A stretch of 64,000 bases of DNA from an uncultured Lachnospiraceae bacterium (GTDB taxonomy: Bacteria > Bacillota > Clostridia > Lachnospirales > Lachnospiraceae): positions 17,214 through 81,213 of the forward strand of contig CAKRNX010000001.1 in NCBI GenBank assembly GCA_934371475.1, given 5' to 3'. The notes beneath the pieces are model-generated. The model saw nothing but the letters and a program-made list of their open reading frames with translations, was not told the origin of the DNA and did no database searches. Made by a program: the position numbers and the translations under genes. Numbering within the stretch: the stretch's first letter is position 1; each line of letters begins with the position of its first letter. Of this stretch, positions 8,945 to 18,412 are shown piece by piece.

Positions 8945-10609
8945 AACATAACTGGATATATCTTGGACGGCTGTCTCATATTGGAAGCCGTAATCCCCGG
9001 TACACATAATACTGATAATATATTCCCGAGTCCCATCCGCAATCAGGGCTACCTCATTATAGCGGGTATCTCCCCTGCCGTTCTGGTTCAGGAACAGGCT
9101 GTCTGCCGGTATCACATCCGCCAGACCAATCACAGTCCGGCTGCCGTCTCCGTCATCTATTTTAAAATACTGCTTCATGAAATCAGTGCCCAATGTCTGA
9201 AATTTTCCATTATAAAGCTCTTTTACCATGGAAACCAGATCTCTGGCACTGATATAATTGTCTTTGCCATCTGTCACTTCAGCCACTATCTTTCGCTGCA
9301 GATCCACACTTGTAAAACCCGCGCTGCGGCACACCGCATTGATCTGATCCAGCCCCAGATAGTCAATCAGGCAGTTCATGCAGTTGTTGTCACTGTATGT
9401 CAGCATTGTCGTCAGATAATAGGAAAGCGGAAAGCTGCTGCCATCCCTCTCTTCCGGGTTTGACAATCCCCGGCCCCCGATGCTGTTGACATAGGTAATC
9501 GGATCGTTCAGTGTGATCTCACCGGCATCCAGCTTCACTGCCGCCGTATACAGGATCGGCACGGTAATGACTGCTGATGCGTACATCTGCTTTTCATAAT
9601 CCCCAGTTCCCCACTCTTTATGAGTTTTCAGGTCATATACGTAACACGCCCATGCTTTCGCCGTGCTTTCCTGCGTGAATATTTTATCAATTCGGTCAGC
9701 ATTGATCTGAACCTGCTGTGCCTCTGTCTCAGTTTCGATTTCCGACGATTTCTGTCCGGCATCTGCTGCCTGCCCCTGCGTTTCTGTCTGCGCCCGGACA
9801 ACTGTCAGATCTTTCAACGGTGTTTTCTGCTCCGCGTTCTTTTCTGTCGCCTGCCCGGCATTTTTCTCTGTCGAAGTCTGTTCCTGCCCGGAAGTTTTGA
9901 TCACCACTGCAGGCTCTGTTTCTTTCTCCGGTCCCTGGTCTGCCGCGATCGTTCCGCCGGATGTCCGGCCGGAATTTCCGTTCCCCACTGACTCTGTGAG
10001 AATCACCACTGCATCCGGATCACACGTCGCCATGCGCCTGGAGACAAAATAAAACACAAGAAAAGCTGCCGCCAGCACCGCAATGCCAAGCAGAACCGCT
10101 GCCGTCACCAGCATCGCATGGGATTTTTCTTCTCTCTTGCCCATAAAGCTGTCCCGGTAATTTCCAGATGCCTCCGTATGCCGTTGCTGACTGTATGGCC
10201 GCCCGGAGCCGGTATGCTCTGCTTCCCGCCAACTGTATGTCTCATCTTTCCTGCGTTGGCCAGCATTCTCCCTGCTGCGCCGACATGACCGTTCCGGCCG
10301 TGTGCTTTCTGTTTCCATGCTGCCGTTTCGGTCTGTTTTTCTTTCAATATTTTTGCCGCGCCGGTACGGTCGTTCAGGGCGGCCGTTCTCAGGCATTCTG
10401 CCGCTGTAGGATGATGAGGTATAAGGTGTCCATTCCAGCTGCCCATCCTCCGGCTGCTGTCTGTGCGGTGGTGTATCTTCCGGCAGCGCATTCTTCTGCT
10501 GCGTACGCCATCCCTGTCTTTCTGTTTCAGAGTGTTTCACGGGAGTTCCGCATTGTCTGCAGAACATATCTTTTTCATCTATCTCGGCCCCGCATTTCTG
10601 ACAAAACAT
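8927..10609 (-). CDS. Zinc-ribbon membrane protein with C-terminal class A beta-lactamase-fold (serine hydrolase-like) domain
   Basis: The track start at 10618 is GTG. I prefer the ATG at 10609 (MFCQKCGAEIDEKDMFCRQCG) with GAGGAG 10 nt upstream. Long Arg/Glu-rich linker, one TM helix (AMLVTAAVLLGIAVLAAAFLVFYF), and a C-terminal domain with a YSDNN (SDN-like) motif. No clear SxxK or KTG motif seen. Confidence 0.7.
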   Translation of the reverse strand: MFCQKCGAEIDEKDMFCRQCGTPVKHSETERQGWRTQQKNALPEDTPPHRQQPEDGQLEWTPYTSSSYSGRMPENGRPERPYRRGKNIERKTDRNGSMETESTRPERSCRRSRENAGQRRKDETYSWREAEHTGSGRPYSQQRHTEASGNYRDSFMGKREEKSHAMLVTAAVLLGIAVLAAAFLVFYFVSRRMATCDPDAVVILTESVGNGNSGRTSGGTIAADQGPEKETEPAVVIKTSGQEQTSTEKNAGQATEKNAEQKTPLKDLTVVRAQTETQGQAADAGQKSSEIETETEAQQVQINADRIDKIFTQESTAKAWACYVYDLKTHKEWGTGDYEKQMYASAVITVPILYTAAVKLDAGEITLNDPITYVNSIGGRGLSNPEERDGSSFPLSYYLTTMLTYSDNNCMNCLIDYLGLDQINAVCRSAGFTSVDLQRKIVAEVTDGKDNYISARDLVSMVKELYNGKFQTLGTDFMKQYFKIDDGDGSRTVIGLADVIPADSLFLNQNGRGDTRYNEVALIADGTREYIISIMCTGDYGFQYETAVQDISSYVYQMEE

Positions 10610-10745
10610 AACTGCCACGCTCCTCTTATCGTATCCTGCAGACAGCTATTACCGTCTGCGTCATCCCAAACCAGAGTGTTTGACACTCTGAACTACGATC
10701 CATCTATTTTTATACCACAAGATATATCCGGTATACAAGGGACAA

Positions 10746-13139
10746 TCATCTGTTTTCCCAGAAACGCCTGATCTTTTCTTCTATATTATTAACAGTACAG
10801 CTCTCTGTCTGCGCCCACTCCCTGGGAAACATCCGCCGGTACTGATATTCTGCAAAACGTTCATCCAGCAGCAGAACAATCCCTCGGTCTTCCTCCGTCC
10901 GGATCACACGCCCTGCCGCCTGAAGCACTTTGTTCATGCCCGGACACCGGTAGGCATAATGAAATCCGTCCATCTGCTTCTTACTGTAATAGTTTTTCAG
11001 CAGCTCCCGCTCATTGCACACCTGCGGAAGTCCCGTTCCCACAATGATAGCGCCGATCAGCCGGTCTCTCCTCAGGTCAATCCCCTCGCCGAAAATACTT
11101 CCCATCACGCAGAAGCCTACCAGAGTTTTTTCCCGGTTCTCATCAAAATTTCTGAGAAATTCTTCTCTGTCCGCCTCACTCATGCCGCCGGTCTGGCAGA
11201 GCAATCCTGTATCCTCAGACGCCATCTCTTTAAAACACTGAGCCACATCCTCCAGCATGCGGTAAGAAGAAAAGAAGACAAGATAATTTCCTTTCCTTGG
11301 CCGGATTGCTCTTTTTATATAAGAAGCAATCTTCTGATATTCCTTCAGGCTGCGATTTCTGTATCTGCTGCTTGTGTCCGTCCCGATCAGCAGTTTCAGA
11401 TTGGCCGCATCAAAACATGATTTCGCATAGACCGCGTAATCATCTTTTTCTGTACTCAGCAGACTTTTATAGTAGTCCACCGGCAGCAGTGTGGCCGAAA
11501 AAAATACCGTGCTTCTGCCCTTATTCAGACATTCTTCCAGATTGACAGACGGATCTACGCAGTAAAGCCTAAGATGGAACCGCCCGTCCTCCGTCAGCTC
11601 TGTGTAAATGACATAGCATTCATCCAGCCTGTCGCAGATATGAAGAAAACTCTGCACCTGAAAATACAACTCCAGGATCTGTTCATTCAGCACTGCATTT
11701 ACGGAATCTTCCAAGAACTTTTCCATCACACCGCACAGATTCATCAGTGTAACGGGCAACACTCCCGGATGGTCCAGGATCCTGCATCCCTCACACTCCC
11801 TCTTCATCACCAGCATCTGCCGGTTGCAGCGTTCCAGCGTCCTGATCAGCCTTTCCCCATTTTTTTCCTGCTCCGTGGATGACATCAGACCTTTTGCCGC
11901 CTTCACTGCACGTCCGGCCGACAGGAAATCTTCTTTATACAAAGAAGCACTGAACATCTCCCGCCCTCGCTCCACCAGATTGTGAGCCTCATCAATCAGG
12001 AAAAGATAGTCTCCTCTGATCCCATCCGCAAAAAAACGCTTCAGACGCACTCTCGGATCAAATACATAATTGTAATCACAGATGACTGCATCCACCCACA
12101 GCGCTACATCCAGCGACAGCTCAAACGGGCATACATTCCACTGCCTGGCCTGCTCTTCCAGCGCCTCTCTTCCAAAATATGTGCGGTGTGTAATCATATC
12201 GTATACTGCATCATTGATCCGGTCGAAATGTCCCTTCGCCCGCGGACAGTCCCGGGGATTGCACTCCGGCTGCTCGCAGCAGCAGATCTTCTCTCTTGCC
12301 GTAAGTGTCACCGTCTTATAGCGGAGTCCCTGATGCTCAAGAATCCCGAACGCCTCTTCGGCCACGGTGCGGGCAATCGTCTTGGCCGTCAGATAAAAAA
12401 TCTTATCCCCCAGCCCCTCACCAACCGCCTTCACCGCCGGAAAAATTGTTGTGATCGTCTTGCCCGCCCCGGTCGGCGCCTGAATAAACAGCTTTTTCTT
12501 CCGGGCAATTGTACGGTACACAACGGCCGCCAGATCTCTCTGCCCCTCCCGGTAGGGAAACGGAAACTGTATTTTACGAATGGAGTCCTGCCTTGTCTTT
12601 CTCCATTCCAGCTGATAGACTGCCCACTTTCTGTATTCCCCAATCACTCCGTCAAACCATTCCTGCAGCACTTCCATGCTGTACTCCTGCCGGAACCGGC
12701 GCACCTCTTCCGTCTCAAGATTACAGTATGTCATCTGCACCCCCATACTTTCCTGCCCGTGAGAGAGTGCATACAGGAATGCATAGCACTTCGCCTGCGC
12801 CAGATGAACCGGTACCGGCTCTGTCAGATATTCCAGACTTCTTAAAACCCCCTTGATCTCATCAACCGTCATGCCGCTGTTTTCCTGGATGATTCCGTCC
12901 GCCCGGCCTTCTACTGTAATCGATATGCCATCCCCGGGGAACGGAAATGTCCCTGTCAGAAACACCTCCGGCTGATAATTGCTGCCCATGCGTCCCTGTA
13001 TCTTTCTGTGAAGCCTGCTCCCCATCTGCATCGCATCAGGATCCGAAAATGATCCTTTGCTGTTGTCAATATCTCCTGATCTCAATATGAATTCCACCAG
13101 ATTGCGCACTGAAATTCTTACATTTTCTGCCTCTTCCAT
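10746..13139 (-). CDS. ATP-dependent DNA helicase, DinG/XPD (Rad3) family, with N-terminal PD-(D/E)xK-like domain
   Basis: Walker A QAPTGAGKT, DEAH box IDEAHNL, Cys-rich Fe-S segment CCCEQPECNPRDCPRAKGH, and C-terminal helicase motifs (QAAGRVIRTEEDRG). The N-terminal 150 aa contain GRADGI ... VDEIKG, resembling a D..ExK nuclease core. Confidence 0.85.
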   Translation of the reverse strand: MEEAENVRISVRNLVEFILRSGDIDNSKGSFSDPDAMQMGSRLHRKIQGRMGSNYQPEVFLTGTFPFPGDGISITVEGRADGIIQENSGMTVDEIKGVLRSLEYLTEPVPVHLAQAKCYAFLYALSHGQESMGVQMTYCNLETEEVRRFRQEYSMEVLQEWFDGVIGEYRKWAVYQLEWRKTRQDSIRKIQFPFPYREGQRDLAAVVYRTIARKKKLFIQAPTGAGKTITTIFPAVKAVGEGLGDKIFYLTAKTIARTVAEEAFGILEHQGLRYKTVTLTAREKICCCEQPECNPRDCPRAKGHFDRINDAVYDMITHRTYFGREALEEQARQWNVCPFELSLDVALWVDAVICDYNYVFDPRVRLKRFFADGIRGDYLFLIDEAHNLVERGREMFSASLYKEDFLSAGRAVKAAKGLMSSTEQEKNGERLIRTLERCNRQMLVMKRECEGCRILDHPGVLPVTLMNLCGVMEKFLEDSVNAVLNEQILELYFQVQSFLHICDRLDECYVIYTELTEDGRFHLRLYCVDPSVNLEECLNKGRSTVFFSATLLPVDYYKSLLSTEKDDYAVYAKSCFDAANLKLLIGTDTSSRYRNRSLKEYQKIASYIKRAIRPRKGNYLVFFSSYRMLEDVAQCFKEMASEDTGLLCQTGGMSEADREEFLRNFDENREKTLVGFCVMGSIFGEGIDLRRDRLIGAIIVGTGLPQVCNERELLKNYYSKKQMDGFHYAYRCPGMNKVLQAAGRVIRTEEDRGIVLLLDERFAEYQYRRMFPREWAQTESCTVNNIEEKIRRFWENR

Positions 13140-13250
13140 GACCAGGTTCCTTTCCCGTCATCCGCACAAAAAGGCACTGCAGATCCATCCGATATCAGCG
13201 AACCCGCAGCGCCTTTTTCAGACACTCATATCTTCTGTTTTACTGTTACA

Positions 13251-13475
13251 TCAGACAACATACTTTGTCAGCATGTCTTCAAAATCTCTGTCTTCTTCAT
13301 GGTATTTTACCGTCAGAACCTTTGTCAGATCAAGACTCAGAACACCCATCAGCGACTTGGCATCAATCACAACCCGGTTATATGAAATATCCACATCATA
13401 ATCACATCGTTCAGCAGCAGTCACAAATTCTTTTACGTCCTGAAACTCCGTCAGCCGTATCTGTTTTACAGACAT
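13251..13475 (-). CDS. HPr-like domain protein lacking the phospho-histidine site
   Basis: Trimmed to the ATG at 13475 (GGAGGGA RBS). VVIDAKSLMGVLSLDL aligns with the HPr Ser46 region (KSIMGVMSLG). The His15 region (GIHARPA) is replaced by EFQDVKEF. Confidence 0.7.
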   Translation of the reverse strand: MSVKQIRLTEFQDVKEFVTAAERCDYDVDISYNRVVIDAKSLMGVLSLDLTKVLTVKYHEEDRDFEDMLTKYVV

Positions 13476-13713
13476 CTTTATCCCTCCGTTTATATGATAA
13501 AACAATGATGGATTTTTTTCGCATTTCCTTCATGTTCATTTTTCGCATTATGTCATTTTTCTTTTTATTTGTCAACTGTTATTTTCTGGTCGTCATGAAC
13601 ATCTGTCCGCAAACCTACTGCTGTTTTGTGCTGTGTACAAATTGTGACTTTGCATTTTCTGTACAGTCACCGCTGCTTCCAACAACGAAACCGTATGCGG
13701 TCAATCCCACAGA

Positions 13714-14574
13714 TTACTCTCCGTCCTTCCTGCCTTTCAGTCTGTGCAGAATATCTGCCGCATCTTTCAGATACGTATTCTGCATTTTTGCAAATTCACC
13801 CGCATCTGCAGCCTGCGCAAAAGCCGGGTCAATCGGCATTTTGCCTGCCACTGTCAGGCCAAGTTCGGCAGCTGTCTCTTCCAGATGGCTCTCACCGAAC
13901 ACATGAAGGATCTTTCCGCAGTCCGGACATTTCAAATAGCTGTAATTCTCAATCACGCCCAGGATCGGAATATTCATGGTTTTTGCCATATTGTATGCCT
14001 TCTTTACGATCATCTGAACCAGTTCCTGCGGAGAAGTAACAACTATAATGCCTTCCACCGGAAGAGACTGGAAAACAGTCAGAGGCACATCACCGGTTCC
14101 GGGAGGCATATCCACCAGCAGGTAATCCAGCTCGCCCCAGATCACCTCTGACCAGAACTGTTTTACCATATTTGCAATCACCGGGCCTCTCCAGATTACA
14201 GCCTGCTCCGGGTTTGGTGTCAGCAGATTCAGCGACATAACCTTCACATCATTGGCCGCCAGTTCCGGAAGAATCCCTTCCTCAGATGCCTGTGCCGGTC
14301 CCTTCAGACCGTACATTTTCGGAATGGACGGACCTGTGATATCCGCATCCAGAATACCTACGCGATACCCCATCTCCGCCAGCAGATTGGCCAGAGATGC
14401 CGTCACCATAGATTTACCAACGCCTCCCTTTCCGCTGACGACTCCAATCACATGCTTTACATCCGTATATGCATTAGGTGCTACCTGAAAGCTCTGGGGT
14501 TTTGCCGCACTGGGACATCCCTCGCAGCTTTCTTTTGAACATGATGAATTGCTGCAGGTTTTTTCTGCCATCAT
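13714..14574 (-). CDS. Mrp/NBP35/ApbC-family iron-sulfur cluster carrier ATPase
   Basis: Deviant Walker A VVSGKGGVGKS, CPDCG motif, Cys-rich N-terminus (CSNSSCSKESCEGCPS). AAGGAGG RBS before the ATG at 14574. Confidence 0.9.
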   Translation of the reverse strand: MMAEKTCSNSSCSKESCEGCPSAAKPQSFQVAPNAYTDVKHVIGVVSGKGGVGKSMVTASLANLLAEMGYRVGILDADITGPSIPKMYGLKGPAQASEEGILPELAANDVKVMSLNLLTPNPEQAVIWRGPVIANMVKQFWSEVIWGELDYLLVDMPPGTGDVPLTVFQSLPVEGIIVVTSPQELVQMIVKKAYNMAKTMNIPILGVIENYSYLKCPDCGKILHVFGESHLEETAAELGLTVAGKMPIDPAFAQAADAGEFAKMQNTYLKDAADILHRLKGRKDGE

Positions 14575-14860
14575 TCATTACCTCCTTTTATTTACTGTCA
14601 CATATTTTATTTTTTCGGGCGGCAAGCCAGACAACCATGCCTGCACAGGTATCTGGCGGCCGCCGCAAAGGTCAAATACCTCGTTGCTTACAGCGGTGTA
14701 TTCGATTGCTTCATCATGTATCCTATTCTATTTATGGACACAATATCGATGATACCATAGAATCCCGTAAATTCCAACTAAGTCCCCTGTTCTTTCTGCA
14801 AAGCAAACATCCGTTCAGAAATGTCCCGGCATTTTTGCTGCGCACCTCTGTAATCCCCTT

Positions 14861-16666
14861 TTACTCTGTATCCTGCTCCAGCAGGCGCTGCAGATAACCG
14901 CTCACAACCCGTGAGAAATTACGGATATCCCGGATATAGGCGAAATCTTTTCCGAAAATCATTTTTTCCGCGGAAAGGTCCTGCTCCTGCCCGGTGAACA
15001 CACCGAGCACAAAGACACCGCTGCCCCGGACAGCGCGCACCTGCGCGGCCGTATCCCGCACCGCATATTCCCCCGAATACGTCTGAGGGCTGCGGCTTCC
15101 GGGACGGTTCACCACCACATCATTCGGCCGTCCGTCGCTGAGCACAATCAGAATCCTGTTTTCTTCTTCCCGCTTCATCAGCGCATCTGCCGCCGCCAGG
15201 ATCGCCAGCCCGTCCCTGTTGTTGGAGGATGTCGTATACTCCAACACTTTTTGATTCTCTGTCTGCGGCGCATCAAAATCGCGGAAGCGCTGCATCACTG
15301 TATAATCCCAGAATGTGCAGAAACTCATGATGCTGTGCGGAATCCCCACATGACTGAGTGCTTCGCTGATGATATACGCCTGCAGCGCCACCTGCCCCTG
15401 CCTGTCTCTCTGTGAACCGCTCGCATCCATCAGGATCTCCACTACGAACTGAGAACTGTCCTGTCTGGCTGTTCTGTAAAACAGTTTTCCCGGATCTGTC
15501 CTTCCTATTCTCCACAGCCGGTTGGGGACGATCGTTCCATACTCCGACTCGATCCGTTCCGGCTGAGTGCGCCGCAGAAGCGACCGTCGAAGATAATCGG
15601 TCATCGTCTCCACATTCCTGCGCACGACATTTTTACTGTTGAGATAAAGCCGCCTGTTATTCTGCGCCTGCTTCTTTGCGTTCACATACTGCGCGTTCAC
15701 CATGACAGGATCTGCAAGGATCCCGTCCGTATAGTACAGCTTGCAGTCACAGTGAGCTCCCCGGCAGAGACGGAAATTAACCTGCTTCTGCTCCATTTCA
15801 CTCAGATACGACCGGCCGAAAGTTTTCTCGATATATCCGTAAACCTTCTGCACTGCCTCTTCATCGAGAACCACCACGCGGCGCTTCCTGCCCCGGCGCT
15901 CCTGCGGCTCCTTATCTGCTTTCCCGGCCTCCTCCATGGATGTCATCTGCTGCTCCATCTGCTGCATATACTGTTCCAGCAGTTCTTCCCTTGCCTCTTC
16001 GTCCAGGAAATCTCTCCAGTCAAATTCCTTCAGCTCCTCCAGCGTGATTGCCATAACCTGTTCCAGGCTCCCGTGCTTTTTCTCAAACTCCGGATCCGCC
16101 AGATTATTGTAGAGCCGGTCAGCTGTCCGGATCAGATCCATCGTCTGACAGTTCCCGTCCCCCAGCGCCAGGATACACTCAAGCGGCTCTCTGATGCGCC
16201 GTTCACAGGCAATATCCCCGGTCAGGGCACTGCGCATCATGACCAGGCGCACCCGGTCTGCCGGCGTATTTCTCTGATTTCGGAAATTTTTCTCCAGCAG
16301 CTGCTCAAATGCCCTCTGCCGGATCTCCCGCACCCCCGGACGCTCCGCCGCAATCCGCGGAAATGAGGCCGCGTCCACGCACAGCTGCGCCAGCTCCATC
16401 AGCGTTCCTTCCTGCGCGCCGCAGTACACCTTTCTGATCAGATAAGCAGCGAACTGCTCCCGGTCAAAAAAGCGTGCAAACGCCCCCTGCTTAATGGCCT
16501 CATACAGCATCGCATACCTGGACTCTTCAAATGTGGCCGGATCCAGCCTGGTATCGAGCTGATAATCCCCGCTCACCGTCCACATCAGATTTTTCATCCG
16601 GTTTTCAATTTCCATCCGGTATTCTTCATATTCATAATCTTCCTGGAGAAATGTTCCGTCGCTCAT
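14861..16666 (-). CDS. von Willebrand factor A (vWA) domain protein, NorD/CobT-like
   Basis: The track start at 16675 is TTG. The ATG at 16666 has GGGAAGG upstream. C-terminal vWA domain with MIDAS DASGS (LMDASGSQ) and SDGRPND. The gene starts 21 nt after the stop of the upstream AAA+ gene. Confidence 0.8.
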   Translation of the reverse strand: MSDGTFLQEDYEYEEYRMEIENRMKNLMWTVSGDYQLDTRLDPATFEESRYAMLYEAIKQGAFARFFDREQFAAYLIRKVYCGAQEGTLMELAQLCVDAASFPRIAAERPGVREIRQRAFEQLLEKNFRNQRNTPADRVRLVMMRSALTGDIACERRIREPLECILALGDGNCQTMDLIRTADRLYNNLADPEFEKKHGSLEQVMAITLEELKEFDWRDFLDEEAREELLEQYMQQMEQQMTSMEEAGKADKEPQERRGRKRRVVVLDEEAVQKVYGYIEKTFGRSYLSEMEQKQVNFRLCRGAHCDCKLYYTDGILADPVMVNAQYVNAKKQAQNNRRLYLNSKNVVRRNVETMTDYLRRSLLRRTQPERIESEYGTIVPNRLWRIGRTDPGKLFYRTARQDSSQFVVEILMDASGSQRDRQGQVALQAYIISEALSHVGIPHSIMSFCTFWDYTVMQRFRDFDAPQTENQKVLEYTTSSNNRDGLAILAAADALMKREEENRILIVLSDGRPNDVVVNRPGSRSPQTYSGEYAVRDTAAQVRAVRGSGVFVLGVFTGQEQDLSAEKMIFGKDFAYIRDIRNFSRVVSGYLQRLLEQDTE

Positions 16667-16687
16667 TCTGTCCAAGCCTTCCCTGTC

Positions 16688-17605
16688 CTAAAATAAATCC
16701 GCAGCCGTCCAGTCCGACGGGATCCTCGTCATCACAATATCCTCCACAAGTTCCCGCTCAAATACATCAAAACTCTTATTCACAATCCCCATCCGCAGGG
16801 CCGCCCTGGGAGAAAGCCCGCCGCGGATCGTCTTTAACGCTCCGATCAGGCCCCTCGTATCCAGCGGTTTTGTCGAAATCTCATGGTTCATGGCCTTTGT
16901 CTGCAGATCCAGAAACAGTCCGCAGATCTGCTCCATTCCCTTCGGCTTCAGATCCGGGAAAAGCCGTCCCAGGATCCCCGTCAGAGTCGCCTCATCCGCC
17001 GCCGGCATATCAATCACCAGGAACCTGGAAACCAGCGCCTCATTCAGCTCCTTCGTCCCTGCATAACCATAATTCATTGTCCCGATAAACCGGGAAGCAT
17101 CATGCAGGCGGATCCTGTCATATCCCGGCACTTCCACAATCCGTCTGAAGTCCAGGACCGCATGAAGTACGGACACCGCATCATTTCTGGCCATATTGAT
17201 CTCATCCAGCACGGCAAAACCACCCTGCACCGCGCTGTCATACACAGGACCCGTGCGCATCTGCACCTCATTATCCCGGAACGTATCTGTTCCGATCAGC
17301 GTACTGCTGTCCGTATTCACATGAAAAGAAATGTTGTAAAGCGGCCGCCCAAACAGCCAGGCAAGATTCTCCGCCAGAATATTTTTTCCCGCGGCCTTGG
17401 CTCCTGTCAGCAGAATATTCTCTCCCTGCAGCAGCGCAGACGCCGCCATCTCAAACGTTTCCTTTCCCAAAAAAGGAAGCTGCGGCCGTGTCAAGCGTGC
17501 CTTTGCCTCCTGCGCAACCGGATACTGTTTCCGGAAATTTTCAATATCCTGCAGCAGCGCGGGCGAAACCTGCTGCTCCTGCAGGCATGAAATGATTTCA
17601 TCCAT
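16688..17605 (-). CDS. AAA+ ATPase, CbbQ/NorQ/MoxR-like (AAA_5), atypical Walker A
   Basis: Walker A-like LLTGAKAAGKN (Asn where Ser/Thr is usual), Walker B FAVLDEIN, sensor region TMNYGYAGTKELNEALVSRF. Forms an operon with the vWA gene. Confidence 0.8.
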   Translation of the reverse strand: MDEIISCLQEQQVSPALLQDIENFRKQYPVAQEAKARLTRPQLPFLGKETFEMAASALLQGENILLTGAKAAGKNILAENLAWLFGRPLYNISFHVNTDSSTLIGTDTFRDNEVQMRTGPVYDSAVQGGFAVLDEINMARNDAVSVLHAVLDFRRIVEVPGYDRIRLHDASRFIGTMNYGYAGTKELNEALVSRFLVIDMPAADEATLTGILGRLFPDLKPKGMEQICGLFLDLQTKAMNHEISTKPLDTRGLIGALKTIRGGLSPRAALRMGIVNKSFDVFERELVEDIVMTRIPSDWTAADLF

Positions 17606-17671
17606 ATTTCGTTCCTGCTCTTTCTTTTTCCATATATATAAATTTTAAAGAAATCCATACTTCATACAGGG

Positions 17672-17692
17672 CAGGAATGCCCCGGCATTCCC
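17672..17692. repeat. Family-2 palindromic core (GGAATGCCCCGGCATTCC)
   Basis: Core palindrome shared with about 12 other intergenic sites. Lies between the small CDS 17767..17997 and the AAA+ gene start. Confidence 0.6.
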
Positions 17693-17766
17693 TCCAGCTT
17701 CACTTTTATGTTCACTCACCTGCGCGCAAATACAGGTCAAAAACAGATTTCTTAACACTGCACTCC

Positions 17767-17997
17767 CTATATCTCCGTAAAAGAAAATCTCTCCCTGATT
17801 CCGGAAGCATCAATATCATAGACAATCGTGCCGTCCTCCAGCACAGATTTCTCAAATGTAATCTGTTTATCCTTAAACTTGCCCTTTACATAAGCGTCCG
17901 TATCATCCGTCTCAATCTCATCAAAAAACACATCGCGCATCTGATTATTGGCACACTCATTAAAGATTTCCCAGACTGTTTCATAACTTTTATTCAT
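17767..17997 (-). CDS. Small acidic hypothetical protein (76 aa)
   Basis: ORF 17767..18084 trimmed to the ATG at 17997 (MNKSYETVWEIF...), preceded by GGAAAGGGG. No recognisable motif. Confidence 0.55.
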   Translation of the reverse strand: MNKSYETVWEIFNECANNQMRDVFFDEIETDDTDAYVKGKFKDKQITFEKSVLEDGTIVYDIDASGIRERFSFTEI

Positions 17998-18222
17998 GTT
18001 TTTTCTGCGCCCCTTTCCACCGTGATACGCCATCTTTACAGAAAATGCTGCACGTATCCCGGCAACATACCGTATCTGTTTCATTTAACCGAAACAAGTA
18101 AGTCCCCTGCTTCCATTGCGAAAAACAATAAGCTGTGGGGGAGGACTTGCCTCACTCTTTCTTTTATCTTCCCGAAAAGTATGCCATTTTTTTAACAATC
18201 TGTCAAGGAAGCCTTTGAAAAT

Positions 18223-18320
18223 AACAAAAGTGTGCTTCGCACACCTTGCGAACCACTGCTTTGGCAGCACAGCTTTTGTTCCGCGCGCGAGCAGGCTTCT
18301 TCTATGCGAGCTGCGCAGGA
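18223..18320. repeat. Family-4 GC-rich repeat
   Basis: AACAAAAGTGTGCTTCGCACACC..CACAGCTTTTGTTCCGCGCGCGAGCAGGC..GCGAGCTGCGCAG. Copies at 45847-45954 and 62094-62170. Confidence 0.75.
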
Positions 18321-18412
18321 GCCGGAACGAATCAGTGCCCACTTTACTAACTATTTCACCGGTGCTATACTCTGATTAACCAATTTCAACCGACAGAAAG
18401 GTGACATTTACT

